A DNA stretch of 64,000 bases. It comes from the human T2T-CHM13v2.0 reference genome, Homo sapiens. Positions within the stretch are counted from its first letter, which is position 1, and every line of letters begins with the position of its first letter. A program made the position numbers and the translations under genes. The stretch is from NCBI RefSeq assembly GCF_009914755.1, contig NC_060930.1, one strand, 5' to 3'. Below are positions 1-13,133 of the stretch, in pieces. The notes beneath the pieces were generated by a model. The model had not been told where the DNA came from. It did no database searches and worked only from the letters and a program-made list of their open reading frames with translations.

Positions 1-354
1 GCTTGTCCCTTTCTCTGCCACCAGCACAGACTGTCATTCTGTCCCCTCACTCAGACAGGCACGGCTACCCACAGGTTCTACAGAGTCCCCTGCCTCCCTC
101 AGCCTCCATCCCCAAATCCTGTCTGCCCAACTGGCCTGCTTAGCTTTCCACACCCATTTTGTTCCAAAACATGGGTTTCTGGAGGTTTTGTTTATATTTT
201 CGGGTCCCCAAACAGCCTTCCCTTTCAAGGGAGAAAAAAAACTTTAGGAGCCCCCCTCCCCTTCTGCTGAATGAAAAGCTGACATATGGTAACCGCTCAC
301 AGCTTCTCAGGTGCTTGACATATTTTATAATAGGTCTAGAGACTTGAAGAGTAA

Positions 355-709
<355 letters not shown>

Positions 710-1379
710 GGGTCTGTCTTTTTTAAAGCCAAAAACTAGTCACCGCTGCAACACTGTTAGGATGCTGCTGCTGAAGGCCCCACCGGCATTCTCCCTCGCT
801 AACGAAGAACCAACAAGGACCAAACGAAGGGGACATTTGCTTCTCCCAAAAATAGATTACCCATCCAACTGAGAAAATTAAAGGTTGACTCTAGTCTGTG
901 TCCATGTTGATAGGGAAAGTTACTGCGGTACTAAGGTACCGTAGAAGAGACGGCCTAGTTGGACGTAAAAACACTTTGGCCACCAGCCTGGAGGTAAAAC
1001 CCAAGCTACAAAAGCCAGTAATTAAAAGAAGAGTGAAAATGATCTGAGATAAAAGCTATTTTGTGCGGATCGTTTTAAGAGTTAAGAGTTTATGTGAATG
1101 GTTTATTTAAATGGCTATAAAACTGCAAAGGTGTTTATATATGTAAAATATGCATATTGGAGGAAGTCGGCCGGCAGCTTCACCCTCCTGCGGGAAAATG
1201 CAAAGTCCATCACCAATAGTCGGTCTACCGCAGAGAAGTCTGCAAATCCCAGGGGCCTGGAACTCTAAAAAGGCCATTCAAGCCTCAGGTGGACTCCACG
1301 TTTCTCCATTTCCCTGCCCTTCCGCTTTTCTTTCCTTAACAAGCTTCTTATAACATTTGCGTTTGATGAGGTTCAAGAG

Positions 1380-3150
1380 GTCACTTCCCCTCCCTCTCCG
1401 CCCTCCTCGCTCGGCGGAGCGGCCGCGTCCGGACCCCTTTCTGAAGGCCGTCCAAGCCCGCGGTGCCCGGCGGCGGCTGCGCTGCCTGAGGTTTCGCGCC
1501 TCGCGCCCGGCGGCCGCCGCTGCCGGGGCCGGTCTCGCCCACGGTGAGGTCAGCCTGCCCTTCCCTGCCCTGTGCCGCCTCGCGAGTCCTGGAGAGGCCC
1601 GCGCCGGCCTCGAAGCAAAAGACGACCGCCGAAACGCGACCGTTTACCGCCTGCTTTTTCCAAGCAAAATTTGGAGACAAGTCCCACCCGGGGAAGAACC
1701 TGGCTAAGGGTCGGACATGGAAGAGAAGACGCTAAAACAGAAATTGCCTCCCTGCTTTCCACCTGCAGCTTCTAGACGCCGCCCTCGGTGCCACCCCTCG
1801 CGGAAGGCGTTCTCCCACACCGGGGTCGCCACTGCGCCCAGCTGCAGAAAGCACTCCGCACCCCCAGCAATTCGGGGCATGGAGCCGGCGGGGGTGGCGC
1901 GGCCGGGGCCTGGAGAAGCAGCGCTGAGTCCGACACCGCCCACCAGGCCCCTCTTGGAGAACTAGACAGGCGACAGCACTCAGGACCCCGGCTGCGGCCG
2001 GCGCCGCGGCAGCCACGCGCTCCAGCCCGCGTGCACCTGCTTCGCTCCGCCGCGCTCCCGGCTTAAGCCGGCGGCTCCGGGGTCCTGCCCCGACTTTTCG
2101 TACTTTCTCCCTGCTCCGTGCCTAACTCAATTCTTAACCAAATCCTGAAAGCACAGGAGTTTGGTTGGGGCTGGGACAGGCGCAGGGACCCAATTCTCCC
2201 CAAGCTCTGCGGGCCACGGCCGAAACCACCCCGGGGAAAGCCGTAGGGGCGCGCCGGCCCACGCGGGACCGAGTTCAGAGGACTCTGCACCGTCAGTTTC
2301 AGGGCCGACGTTTATAGAGCGCTTCCCACGTGCCGCACGCGGTTCTAAGAGCTTGGCTTGTATTAATTCGTTTAATCCTCCCAGCAACACTGTTAGGCAT
2401 TATAATGATCCCAATCGTAGAAGTCAAAAAACCGAGGTGCAGAAACAAAGTAACTTGTTCCAGATCACGTAGGTGGTAAGTGCAGGGTATTCTGGAGCAG
2501 GAGGGAGGGTGGAAAGCACAGAAAAAAAAAAATGAACTGGGAAAAGCGTTGACGTGCTTAGTATTTCATACTGCAGGTTCCACTTTCAGAGCCAGGCTGC
2601 GAGCCTACAGGGTAGAGTAGGGGTGCCGGGCCCCCTGGTGTCCTGGCGTACTCGGGGGGAAGACAGTCGCCGGCCGCCGGGCTCCTGCCACGCTGTGGCG
2701 CGCGTGGAAGGTGAGGGTCCTCCGCTGTCCCGCCGCCTCCCACAGGGCGGCCCAGAGCCTGCATCTTTTGCAAAGGGAACATAGGATGGAGAGAAAGAAA
2801 GTCCCGCCTGAAATAAGCAAACGCGGTGGCGGCTTTGCGGTCGGCCACGTCCGCTAGGAACCCGCGAGGCGCCCTTGCGAGCTGCGCAGTCGAGTTTTCT
2901 TTCCACTGCACTTTCACGTTCTGCCGGATGGGATTTCGGGGGCAGAAGACTCCTCGAATGCAGACCGGCTGTCTGTGGCTGGACCCCCAGTGCTGCAAAG
3001 GAATCTGATATACCTGGAGGAACCAACCTCGAGGTCCAACCAAGGGAAACATCCCCTCTCCTTCTCCCTCTCCCAGAGCTCCCTCTTTGCAGTGGAGCCC
3101 TAGAGAACCAACCCACAGCCCGAAAACACCCGGAGACCAGGGACCCCGGT
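1380..3150. promoter_or_regulatory. Upstream CpG island 1
   Basis: High GC and CpG density in non-repetitive sequence. Confidence 0.8.
2355..2500 (-). mobile_element. MIR fragment
   Basis: TTTAATCCTCCCAGCAAC...AAACCGAGGTGCAGA...GTAACTTGTTCCAGATCAC resembles the MIR core. Confidence 0.6.
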
Positions 3151-4689
3151 CCTCATAGGCAGGCTCACACTTGTAGACAATGGACCCATATTTTCCTCAT
3201 TAAAGACAAACCCAAATCCGCCTATGAGAGATTACCCAGGGAATGAGAGATCCCAAGTACCGTGAAACTTAGAGGGTGCCTTAAAACTAAAGTGTTTTTA
3301 TTGGATTGAACCAAAAATAACTATAAATGTGTGTATGTCAGAATGTTAATACCTTTTTATAACCGTTATTTCACCTTTATAATAACTGTGGGAGGGGGCA
3401 TCATTTTTTCTTACTTTTGTTTTCCTGATCCCCATTTTACCATAAAACAGAAACAAGCCCAGAAACATTATTAAGTGACTTAAGGTAATCAGGAGCAGGT
3501 GCACTTCTCAGACTGTAAACGAGGGCAATGTGACCACCGCATCGCCACTCATCTGTGCAGGGTGGCGTTGGGGGTGAGGGAAATGCTAAGAGCACAACAT
3601 GGATTGTTGGGGGGCAAAAACAACAAATAAATCAATAAACAACTATTTGTGAAATATGTGTACGGAGTCCTCGGGGCAGGGGGCTGGATATAAAGCCAAA
3701 CTTATCTCCCATGCTCCGTGGTCCACTCCCCATGACTCCTTCACCTCTCCAGCCTAGTCTGAAATTCTCCCTCAGGCACTTTCAGATGATATGAAAAATT
3801 CTTCCACAGCTAGCCACTGTCAGGAAAAAAATGATTTGGAAACTGTTGTACGGTGCACATGGACAATGCATACCTGCAGATATTTTCAAAGGACACGTGC
3901 TCTTGTGATACATTATGTTGTCGGGCATATATGGAAGGCATCCTGGGATTAACTCTGGTGACTGAAGGAAACAGCACTCCTTTTCACCGTTTACAGCCAC
4001 TGCGTGTACCCGGCCTGCAGTGAGAGTGGGGGAGGGAACATTTGCCAGCCTTTCTGGAGATCCAGCAGCCAGAAGAAAGCCAAGAAACTCAGAGCTGTAA
4101 GTCACCTGGGGAAATGGAGAGTTCTGTTTGTAAAATACACATCCACAACAATGTCTCAGCCCTATTTTGAAATTCCTCATGGGAAGGTGTGCGTGCATAT
4201 GCCAAAATGTAATCTTAGGTATGAGAGCTAGAACCGGAGATGTGGAGAGGAGTTACAAAGTGCGCTTTTAAAACATGATGTCTAGATTTCCTCTAAAATA
4301 TTTCAGCAAGAAATGAAAACAGAAAGATGAATGAAGCAAGTGTGGCAAAACCTTGGTAACTGTTACATGTAGGTGATGGGCGTATGAGAGCGTATACTCG
4401 CTCCACGTTGGTATACTATGAAACTTTTTTCGTAATAACAAATATAAAAAGATCCTGCAGCCCCGGCTGAGACGCCCCGATCCACCTGGTGCCTCCCCTT
4501 TGTATCAAGCCGGCCCCACAACGACCCCTCAAGCTCCTTCCTGTCTTGCAGACTTCTACCAGGACGAGTTTAGACAGCTGCAAGGGTGTTCTTAAGAAGC
4601 TAAAAGAAATGAAAAATCACAATTTTTAAAAATCGCTGTCTTTCTGTCCCTGTAGCCACCGAAAGACGAGGTACTTCCTCAGGGACAGA

Positions 4690-7600
4690 ATGCTGACGCC
4701 GCGCAGAGTCGGCCGAATCCAGCTTCTCCAAGGGCGGGCGGGTGGGATGATTTGTTGATTTGCTTGTTTTCCACCAAACCGCAGGGCACCTCCAGGAGCT
4801 CCGGGACAACTTACAAATGAAGACACAGAGCCCCCGTCCCTTGCTTCAGAGAACCAAATAACGGAACTGAATGATCGTTTCTTCAGCAAAGCCTAAAGAC
4901 GCTTGCGTCCCGCGGAGAGGTGCCCACGCGCGACTCGGCTGCCCCCTCTTCTTGCGGGTCCGGGTAGGGTAGGGCGGGAACGCGGGACGTGCCCTAAGCG
5001 GGCCAGCCGAGCGCGAGACAGGCGATGCTGCAGAAGCCTGCCCGCCTGCGGGTCACACACCGGCCGGCCTCGGCTGCAGGGGTTGCGGGGCCACGGGTCG
5101 CGGGGCGCCGGGAGCCGCGAGCAGGTGACGGCCGCGCCGGGCAGCCCCGCGGGCCGCGATTCCCGAGAGCCTGGCGCCACCCCGCGGAAGCCGGAGGAAC
5201 TGCGGCTTCTTCCCGCTCCCGCGCGGAGGGGAGAGGGAGGCGCAGCGCGGAGGGGAGAGGGAGGCGCAGCGCGGAGGGGAGAGGGAGGCGCAGCGCGGAG
5301 GGGAGAGGGAGGCGCAGCCCGCACCGCGCAATCCCGGGGCTCTGGCGGGAGGGAAGGTGACTTGCGTGGGACGACTCCAAGAGGCCAGGCCCGGCCTTCG
5401 CAGTTCACCCACGAGGATACCGCGACCAAGCCACCAAAGCACTCTCTGGCCAGGCCGAGACCCCTTTTCCCCCGGGCCCCAAGAGAAAAAAGCACTTTCT
5501 CCTAAAACACGAACTCCCCGCGGAGGGGCCCGGGGCTGCCTGGCACGGGGCAGGGTGTGCGGCTGCCGTGCGGGCGCGGGCCAGAGTCACGTGGAGGCAG
5601 GCGGAGAGGGCGAGGGGGCCCCCGTAAATCATCCTGAGGGATTTTTGGCCCAAGTCCCTGTTTCCGAAAGGTTGCGGGACGGCTTTGACGTTGATTATGT
5701 AGCTGTTCTCTTTTCAAGTGCGCGCCCCTCCCCACCGCAGCCCGTCTGGTGTGCGAGGATTGTGTTTGAAAGGGAGGAAGCATCCTTGAAGTGGTGGGTG
5801 ATGGATTGTCTAAACCCTTCTGGGACGTTCTGGGTGGGGGTTTTCGAGGCAGCTCATCAATAAAGACCCCCCTGGAGAGAAGGGGCGGCTGGAGACCAGC
5901 CCCCGCCGCGCAGCCCCGAGGCCCCAGGCCTGGAACACAGTCCTCGGTGTGGGGCACAGGGCGTGAGGGGAGGATGAGCTCCCCCTGAGCAGATGGAGAT
6001 TTCTCCTTGCCTGGGCCGTTTGACCCCCAAAGCCTTGCAGACTGGCCGCGTGGGTGCCATGGGGCGATTTCTTGGGAAAGGAGGGCAGCAGAAAGGCCCG
6101 TGGGCTCTCAGCGCCTTGGAGTCAGGGGAGCAGGAAGGGGAGTGGAGGTGCGGACACGCCTCCAGCCACCGTGCTCCCCTAGGAGGATCTCCCTTCAGCC
6201 CCTGTAGAACCCTGCATCTCAACCACCCTCGTGCATGTGGTTTACCTTGGCATAGATTTCCAAGCCGCTACAGAAAACCTGTCCACCTCCCCCAAGGTGG
6301 AGGCGGGAGTTGGGAGGCAGGGGTGCTGGAAAGGGTCACCTGGCTCAAGCCGACCCCAGGTCTGACGGGCGGAGAGCCTCGAGGGCCACGCCCCAGGCCA
6401 GTGGTGTCCTCTGAGGCCGCAAAGCCGACTGGCTTCTGGAGGAGCAGCAGCCTCGGCCTCAGCCTCGGCTGGGAAAAGACGCAGTCGGGGCCCTCCGTGC
6501 TCCAAACTTGAACTACTCTGGGTCCCCACGAGGAGGAGGCTGCCCTGGGGTCAGAAACTCGGACGGAAATGAAGGGGAGGGGGCGTAGGTTCCCTGGCAC
6601 AGCTCGGCCTGGAGAGGCAGCCTGGGGGCCCAAACTCATCTAGGGCGCGCCCGGAGCTTCCCCGGCCTCTCTTGGCCCATCGCGAACGAGCTCCCCTCCC
6701 CGACTGGGTCGGCCTCGGGCGCCTTTCGCCTTCGCAGGCCGCCGGGGTTCCGCGGAGGGCTTGTGTCCCTCCCTCCCGCCGCCGCAGCCCGCCCGAAGGT
6801 CAGGCCGCATCCGGGGCCCGGGGCCTTTGGCCAGGCTGCGGGGAGGGGTGGGGTTGGGGGGCTCCCCAAAGCAGCTTCTCGGAGGCGGCGTCGGGGCGCC
6901 CTGAGGTCCCTAGTCGGCCTCTGGGCGCCGAGCACGTTTTATTTATCCCCACAGAGGATGCTGGAGGACAAAAGAAATATTTGGACGTCAGAGCTGATTT
7001 ATATTTTTGGAAGAGCTACGTTTCCTTTTCTGAAGAGAAGCGAGCGCGCCCCATATCCTGAGCTCGGCGGGGAGGACGAGAGGGGAGTTTTGATGCGCCA
7101 GGAAGTTCATCTATCGCCCAGGCGCTCAGGACCCGGCGCCCCGCCGAGTTCGCCGCCCTCGGAAATATTTATTTATTTGGGGGAAGGGAGGGCAGCGGGG
7201 AGGAGACCAGCCAGACGGGAGAAGAAAGCCCTGCCCGGGCTGGGTTGGGACCTCCAGGGCGCTTCCCCGCGCGGCCGCAGCCGGCCAGCCTCTGGTCTCG
7301 GTTGGAGGGCATCGCAGGCGCGGCCTGGCGACCTCCGGGCGCCTTTGGCTGGTGTCTTCCGTAGCCCTCGGCGCGCACCCTCCCGCGTGCAGTGCCCGGA
7401 GTGACCTCTTCAGGCCCCGCGGGCGCCTCCTGGGTGGGCCCCGCGGCCCCTCCAACCCTGCCCAGCGTGTGTGCGCGGCCTAGCCATCTTTCTCCCCAGC
7501 CTGGGAAGGCGGGCGGGAGGAGGGGATCCGAGGCCGGGGGCCGCGGAGCAAAAGGCACGCGGACCCCTAAACGACCCCCGAGCGTTGCCACAGCCGGGAG

Positions 7601-8850
7601 GGCGGAGGGAAGGTGTGCAGAGCTCGGGGGTCTCCCAGGACGCAGCTTGGCTCCTACCGGTTTCCAAGGCATCTGCAAGCTCTGTCCTGCGACCTAAAGC
7701 ATGGGGACGTCCCTTCCAGCAGCATCAGTGGGCGAAAAGTTAACATGCTGAGGGCCACCGGCACCCACACTTGCTTCCAGGAATACTTGCGGTACAGGCT
7801 TCCTGACTTATTTTCTTTAGCCGCTGGGTGCCCCCCCTTCTTCCCCCGTTGGGAGACGCAGACCGACTCTGTTCCAACCTAAGCCCCTTCTCTCTGCCTT
7901 TTGGACAAAGCGGGCCGCCTCTGCTCTCCACTCACTCCCCGCAACCCCGCAACTCGCCACCCCTAAACGCAGCGGGCTGTAGGCGAAGTCGAAGAGGTGC
8001 TCCGCCTGGTACCGCGGCCTGCGCACTGGGATCGGGGCCTGCAGGCCGCTGGGCTGGCTCCTGGGATCATCCCAAGGTTTTGGTCTCGCAACCGAGGGGA
8101 CCCGCGCCCGGCAATTTGGGAAGTGCGGAAATGGGGTGAGGCCGGTCTTCGCTTGAGGGTCTCGTAGATTGGACCCCTTTTTCCCCCTTCAAGCACCCTC
8201 AGACCTGGCCAATGGGTCATCGAGTCGTGCCCACCGCCGAGGCCAGGAGATCTGGGGCTACTGGGAGATCTCTCATGAAGGTGGCTATAAAAAGAGCCCT
8301 GACCGGGACACAAGCCTTTGGAGAGCGGAAGACTCTATCCAAATAAACACTGGGAACTGGGTGGCTGGTGTTCAGGCCCGGAGGTCTGGGGGTTTCTGGA
8401 CCTAGGAAGGAGAGCAGACTCCAGGAGAGGTGTGAAATTCCCACTCCCGGCCACCTTGCTCTCTCCAACCCCCGCCTCCGCGCGTCCTCCTATTGCTGTT
8501 CCCGTCCGCATCTTCTGTTGTTATGTGAAGTTTCTAAAGAGGCCTCTGCAGCGTGCAGGCTGGTGCTCTTCCAGCATTTCCTCAATCACGCTGACACCCC
8601 CAGGCCCCAGCACTGAGTTCTCGCCGTCCACATTTAGAAAGGCCTCGCAGGAGTTCGAGAATCCTCTACACGACTTAACTTTGCGCCTAAATACAGAGCG
8701 AAAACAGGGGTCAGTCTCATTTTGAATTGGGAAGAGGCTTCCCTCCTCCCGGGCCCAGGCGGAAGGAAGGGAGGGGTGCGTCTTAGATGGCCGCAAACAG
8801 TGCGGTGCGGATGCGTCTCTCCTGTCGGTGACTGGTTTAGTCTAAGCCAT
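4690..8850. promoter_or_regulatory. Upstream CpG island cluster 2
   Basis: Extended CpG-dense non-repeat sequence 4-8 kb upstream of the FOXF2 ATG. Confidence 0.8.
5221..5316. repeat. 24-bp GC-rich minisatellite, 4 perfect copies
   Basis: (GCGCGGAGGGGAGAGGGAGGCGCA)x4. Confidence 0.95.
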
Positions 8851-9459
8851 TTCATGTGAAACCCACGAAGCAGAGGAAGCATGCTAAGAACACAGAATTT
8901 AAACCGCAATAATGAGGAGATTTCCTAGAATAAAACGCCGATTACAGAACAAAATCGGAGAAACCCAAGCTTGTTGAAGTTTACATTCCCTTGCGCTGGG
9001 GCAGGGGTGGGACCTAAAGGGTTGGAGGGGAAAGGAACCCGCAGCCCAGACGGGACAGTCAACCAAAGCGGGATGGAGAGAGGACCCATCGCGGCGGAGG
9101 CTGCATAGTTTTGGTTAACCAAGGACTGCCTGGGCTGATCTAGACTCATTTATATGAACCATACCTTCCCTTCCCGTAAGAAAAAAAATGTCAAGATTCA
9201 TGTTATTTATAGGGAGTGAAAGTGAGTGAAGAGCTCACCCCCATAAGAAGGAACCCCAGTAGGGGGGTGGGGGAGCCATCCTAAGCAAGGCTCTGTTTCA
9301 GAGACAAACACAGCTTTCCTTTTAAACCCTGTCTGCTAACCAGAAATTAAGGTATTCCTCCCAGGGATACAGAAATTGACATAATTTGCTATCACATACA
9401 TTCTTACTCAAGAGATTTGTATATATCAGTGATTAAAACAAAGCTCAGAGAGGCTTTGC

Positions 9460-9610
9460 TGTAATGCAGTGGAAGGAACACTGACTTTGGAGTTCCAGGC
9501 CCAGGCTGCTGGCCAGCTTTGTCACTTGCCCCAGCGTGACTTGTAGCCAGTCACCCAGTCTCTGAGCCTTAGTTTCCTCACCTCAAAAGGAGGATGATGA
9601 TACCTGGGCC
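9460..9610 (+). mobile_element. MIR fragment
   Basis: ...TCTCTGAGCCTTAGTTTCCTCACCTCAAAAGGAGGATGATG, MIR core. Confidence 0.6.
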
Positions 9611-10523
9611 ACTTGGTGGGTGACAAGATGGTACCTGCGAGGTCTGTAACAAACAGATGCAGGGTTTAGTCACTGTAGACGTGGTGGTGGTCTATGCCAT
9701 GAGAATAGTTTCCAGAAGCAGAAGTGGGGTATCCAAGAAAGAGTTTTGGAGAGGAGCCTTCCTGCTGATATAACTTAAGAAGGCCCCCAAGCTGCTTATC
9801 TTTCTGGAGTTCAGGGTCTACAGGGGCAGTATGCAGACCCCTACAGAGAGGGAAGGCTTCCAGTCAGCTGACCGCCTCCTGGCCCTAACTGCTCTCCAAT
9901 GTCCACTGCCTTCCCACGACCTGGCCGGCCCTCATAACACTCACCACACTCTAAGTGGGATTTCTTGCAAGTTTAGAGTTTAGGTAAAATGGATACTGCT
10001 GTTGCTTGGATGGAGAAAGGAGCCTTTTAAAAAAATCCCTCATAATTTAACCAGCTGAATTGGTAGAAGCTAAAAGAATCTGGGGTTTTTTGCTTGTTTC
10101 CTTGTTTGTTTTAATGAGTACCTGTGGACTTCCTAAAATCTCAGGCAAGTTGGAAGTATTTTTCTGGAAACTGGCTCCATAGCTTCCATCGTATTCTCAG
10201 AGGATGACCCCATAACCCCAAAACTGGGAGCTACTAGTATAGAAGGTTATCACTGGTCCTGCCTGGATTTTAAGGTTAGCGCCTTTTATTCTTCAGTCTC
10301 CGGGTCCTAAAACCTTTTAAGGCCTGCTCTTAACAAGTTGGATCTGTATTCCCTGAGATCCAAATACATATAATTTTCAGGCACAGAGAATCAGAGAGAG
10401 TCCATGGCTAAGTGACAATGAGTACTGAATGTTTCCAAAGCCCGTTGCCCACCGCCCCCACCTACAAATGAGATAATTGTCCTTTTCCCCCACAAGCTTC
10501 TCCCCTGGGCTCTTTCCATTTAA

Positions 10524-10525
<2 letters not shown>

Positions 10526-10558
<33 letters not shown>
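10526..10558. repeat. (CA)n microsatellite
   Basis: About 16 CA units. Confidence 0.95.
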
Positions 10559-10560
<2 letters not shown>

Positions 10561-13133
10561 AACTCTATGTCAGTAGAGCTCCTTTAAGATCCTATCTGTC
10601 CTCCCCACTCCAGCTTCTATTTTATGAAAATAATTATATTTTAGGCACTTAGAGCATTGGTTTAGTGAACACATTATATTTACTTTCATATTTAGTTATG
10701 TATTTTTAAGTTATTCCACACAAAATGACAAATGAGGGCAAGAGAAAAAAATACCATGAAATATATGGGGACGCACCCCCCAAAAACGCTCAGCAGTCAG
10801 TCAGAAATTCTTAGAAAGTGGAAACAACTGCGAAGCCCTACCCCAACCCAATCAAAACATCCCACCCGGAAAAGAGCGACTTGTTTCTTTTTTCTATTGG
10901 AAATGAGTGGTAAACTGAGTTCGGTTTGGCGGTGTTTTCTTAGCTGACTCTCGGCTACAATCAAGCCATTTTCGGACACATTCCCATGTAGGTACCAGGG
11001 GTGCTCTGGAGGAAGCTGTCGACGCCTGTTCAGCTAATTTAGGTTTTCTTTGTCTAATTACTGTGGAGCTTAGGGAGAAGGAGCCGGCTCAGGGCAGTAA
11101 ACTGACACTCGGTCTCTGTGTGTGGTATCCAGGCAGGGTTTGATGGAAAAAGCCTGCTTCCACTCAACCTCAGGTCACTCTCTGGGGCCAGCCCCGGCCC
11201 ACCCCCCTCCCACATACCCCTCCCCTCCCCACCCGCCCTCTCTGCATCTACAGCCCCACCAGCACACTCAGCCAGGAGCAGTCCCCCGGCACTCCAGGGG
11301 CACACAGGGCTCCTGCCGCCCCAGGGGGCCTGCCTAGGCTGTGCGGCTGTGAAGGCTCTTTGCCTGGTGTCTCCCTCCTGATTACTGCACAACCTCCCTT
11401 TCTCCTGCCTCCTGCAACTCCCCAGGCTCCCCAGCAGGCACACCCGTGCACCTCGGTCCTTTCAGCCTAGACGCAGCGGGGTGCCCAGCTCTACCTCCTG
11501 TTTGGTCCGCTGGTCTGCAGCACCTTCTTTCTGGGCCTCCCCCTTCAGCCCTTGGGAGGCCCCGCCAGCTCCGGCCTCCTGCTCTCCTCCTCCCTCTCCC
11601 AGCTCCTATCCCTGGTCGGACTACATTTCCCTGCACGTGTAATCCAATAACTAACTGTCGGGTCTCATTGGAAGTGATTGCTCCCGAGGGCACATCTCTC
11701 TCAGAGCCTGACTCTTACTTAGGGAGGAATTAGCCACAACTGGGGAGAAGTGTTCTCGGACAGGAGTTAGCTGAGACCTGGCACAGTTTTGGGTGGGCAA
11801 TGTTAAGACGGAGGATGTAAACCTAGTGACAGCTGCACACCCCTTCAGGACTGACTATAAATATAGCCATCTCGCTTATCTCAGGGTCTTTCTTTTTCTT
11901 TCTCTTTCTTTCTTTTCTTCCTTCCTTCCTTTTTCTTTTGCACTTTTTTCTTACAGAACACTAACTGGGGTGCGGGGGTGGGGGGAAGAAGTGGAAGCAA
12001 ATGCAACCCTAAGTCCCATGAGATCCAGGTTTCCAGAGTCTTTGAAACTTGGCCTAGGTTTCTCAGTGTAAATCCCTCTGCTCAAAGTTCCGAAAACGTC
12101 CACGATCGCCAGCGGCCCGCAACCCTGCGGCGGCCCCCAGTCGCCCTAACAATTGTCGGGGAGCCTGCAGGCCCTGCCAGAAAGAGAGAGGATTGGCACG
12201 TTACCTTTGGGCGTCTGGCACCCCGGCGTGTGGCTGAGGGCGGCAAAGTCTAAACGAAGTTGACAGATGGAGTCAGTATCGGCCCTGGGGAGGGCGGCCA
12301 GGGAGGCTCCGAGCAGCCGCACCCGCAGCAGCACCACTCGGCCCGGCGGGCCAGGAGGAGGAAGGGGGCGCGGAGGGGCGGGGCTGGGTCCTGGGATGGG
12401 ACGCGGGGCTTGCTGCGGGGGGCAAACAGAAAGAATATTTCATGAAGTCAGAGGTGGTCGAGTTTTGCGAGGGGTGGGGGTCGTCCCCCTGGCAGAACGG
12501 GAGTGAGTCTGTGATCCCTCAATTGGAAAGAGGGTGAGTGAGGGAAAGGGGAGGAGGCCGCGAGAGGAATGAAGAGCGAGGAGACCCTGGAGAGCGGGGA
12601 GCGAGATAAGAGAGGGAGGCGGCCGCCAGGTCGGGAGGGGGAGGAGTGAGCGCGGCGGCGCGGAGCGAGGAGGGGGCAGGGCGGGGTGGGGGGGGAGGGA
12701 GGGAGGGAGGGAGCGAGGAGGGCGGCCGGGGAGGGCGAGGGAGGGAGGAAGTCCGAGAGACAGAGCGAGGAGCGCTCCTGAAGGGAGACGTCGGGCTCGT
12801 CCCCGGGGTCCAGGCCGCGGTCCCACTCGCGGGCGCAGTCGCCCGGCGCCGGCCGCTCGGCCCCGCGGCCTGGGAGGCCGTTGCGCAAGGCAGGGCCCGC
12901 GGCTCGGGGAGGGATGCGCCGGGCGTTGCCTCCCGCCCGCCGCCGCCGCCGCCGCCAGAAGCCCCAGAGGAGCTGAGGGAGGCGACGCCGAAGCGCTGGC
13001 CCGGAGTGGCCACGGCTGCAGCCCGGGCGGCGGGCTAGGGCGCTCGCAGGGCTTCTGGGCCGACCCCGCTCCGGCGCCTCCGCTTCCCGCCCGGGGCCCG
13101 CCCTCGCGGCCCGGCCTCGCTCCCGGGTCCCAG

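Noticed and set aside
5221-5316. CRISPR-like direct repeats
   Set aside because: Head-to-tail units without spacers in a eukaryotic genome; this is a minisatellite.
1150-8900. Many overlapping 60-210 aa ORFs in the CpG islands, including the 200-aa pair across the 24-bp repeat
   Set aside because: Expected from stop-codon scarcity in GC-rich DNA; Pro/Arg/Gly/Ala-rich with no homology or exon structure.
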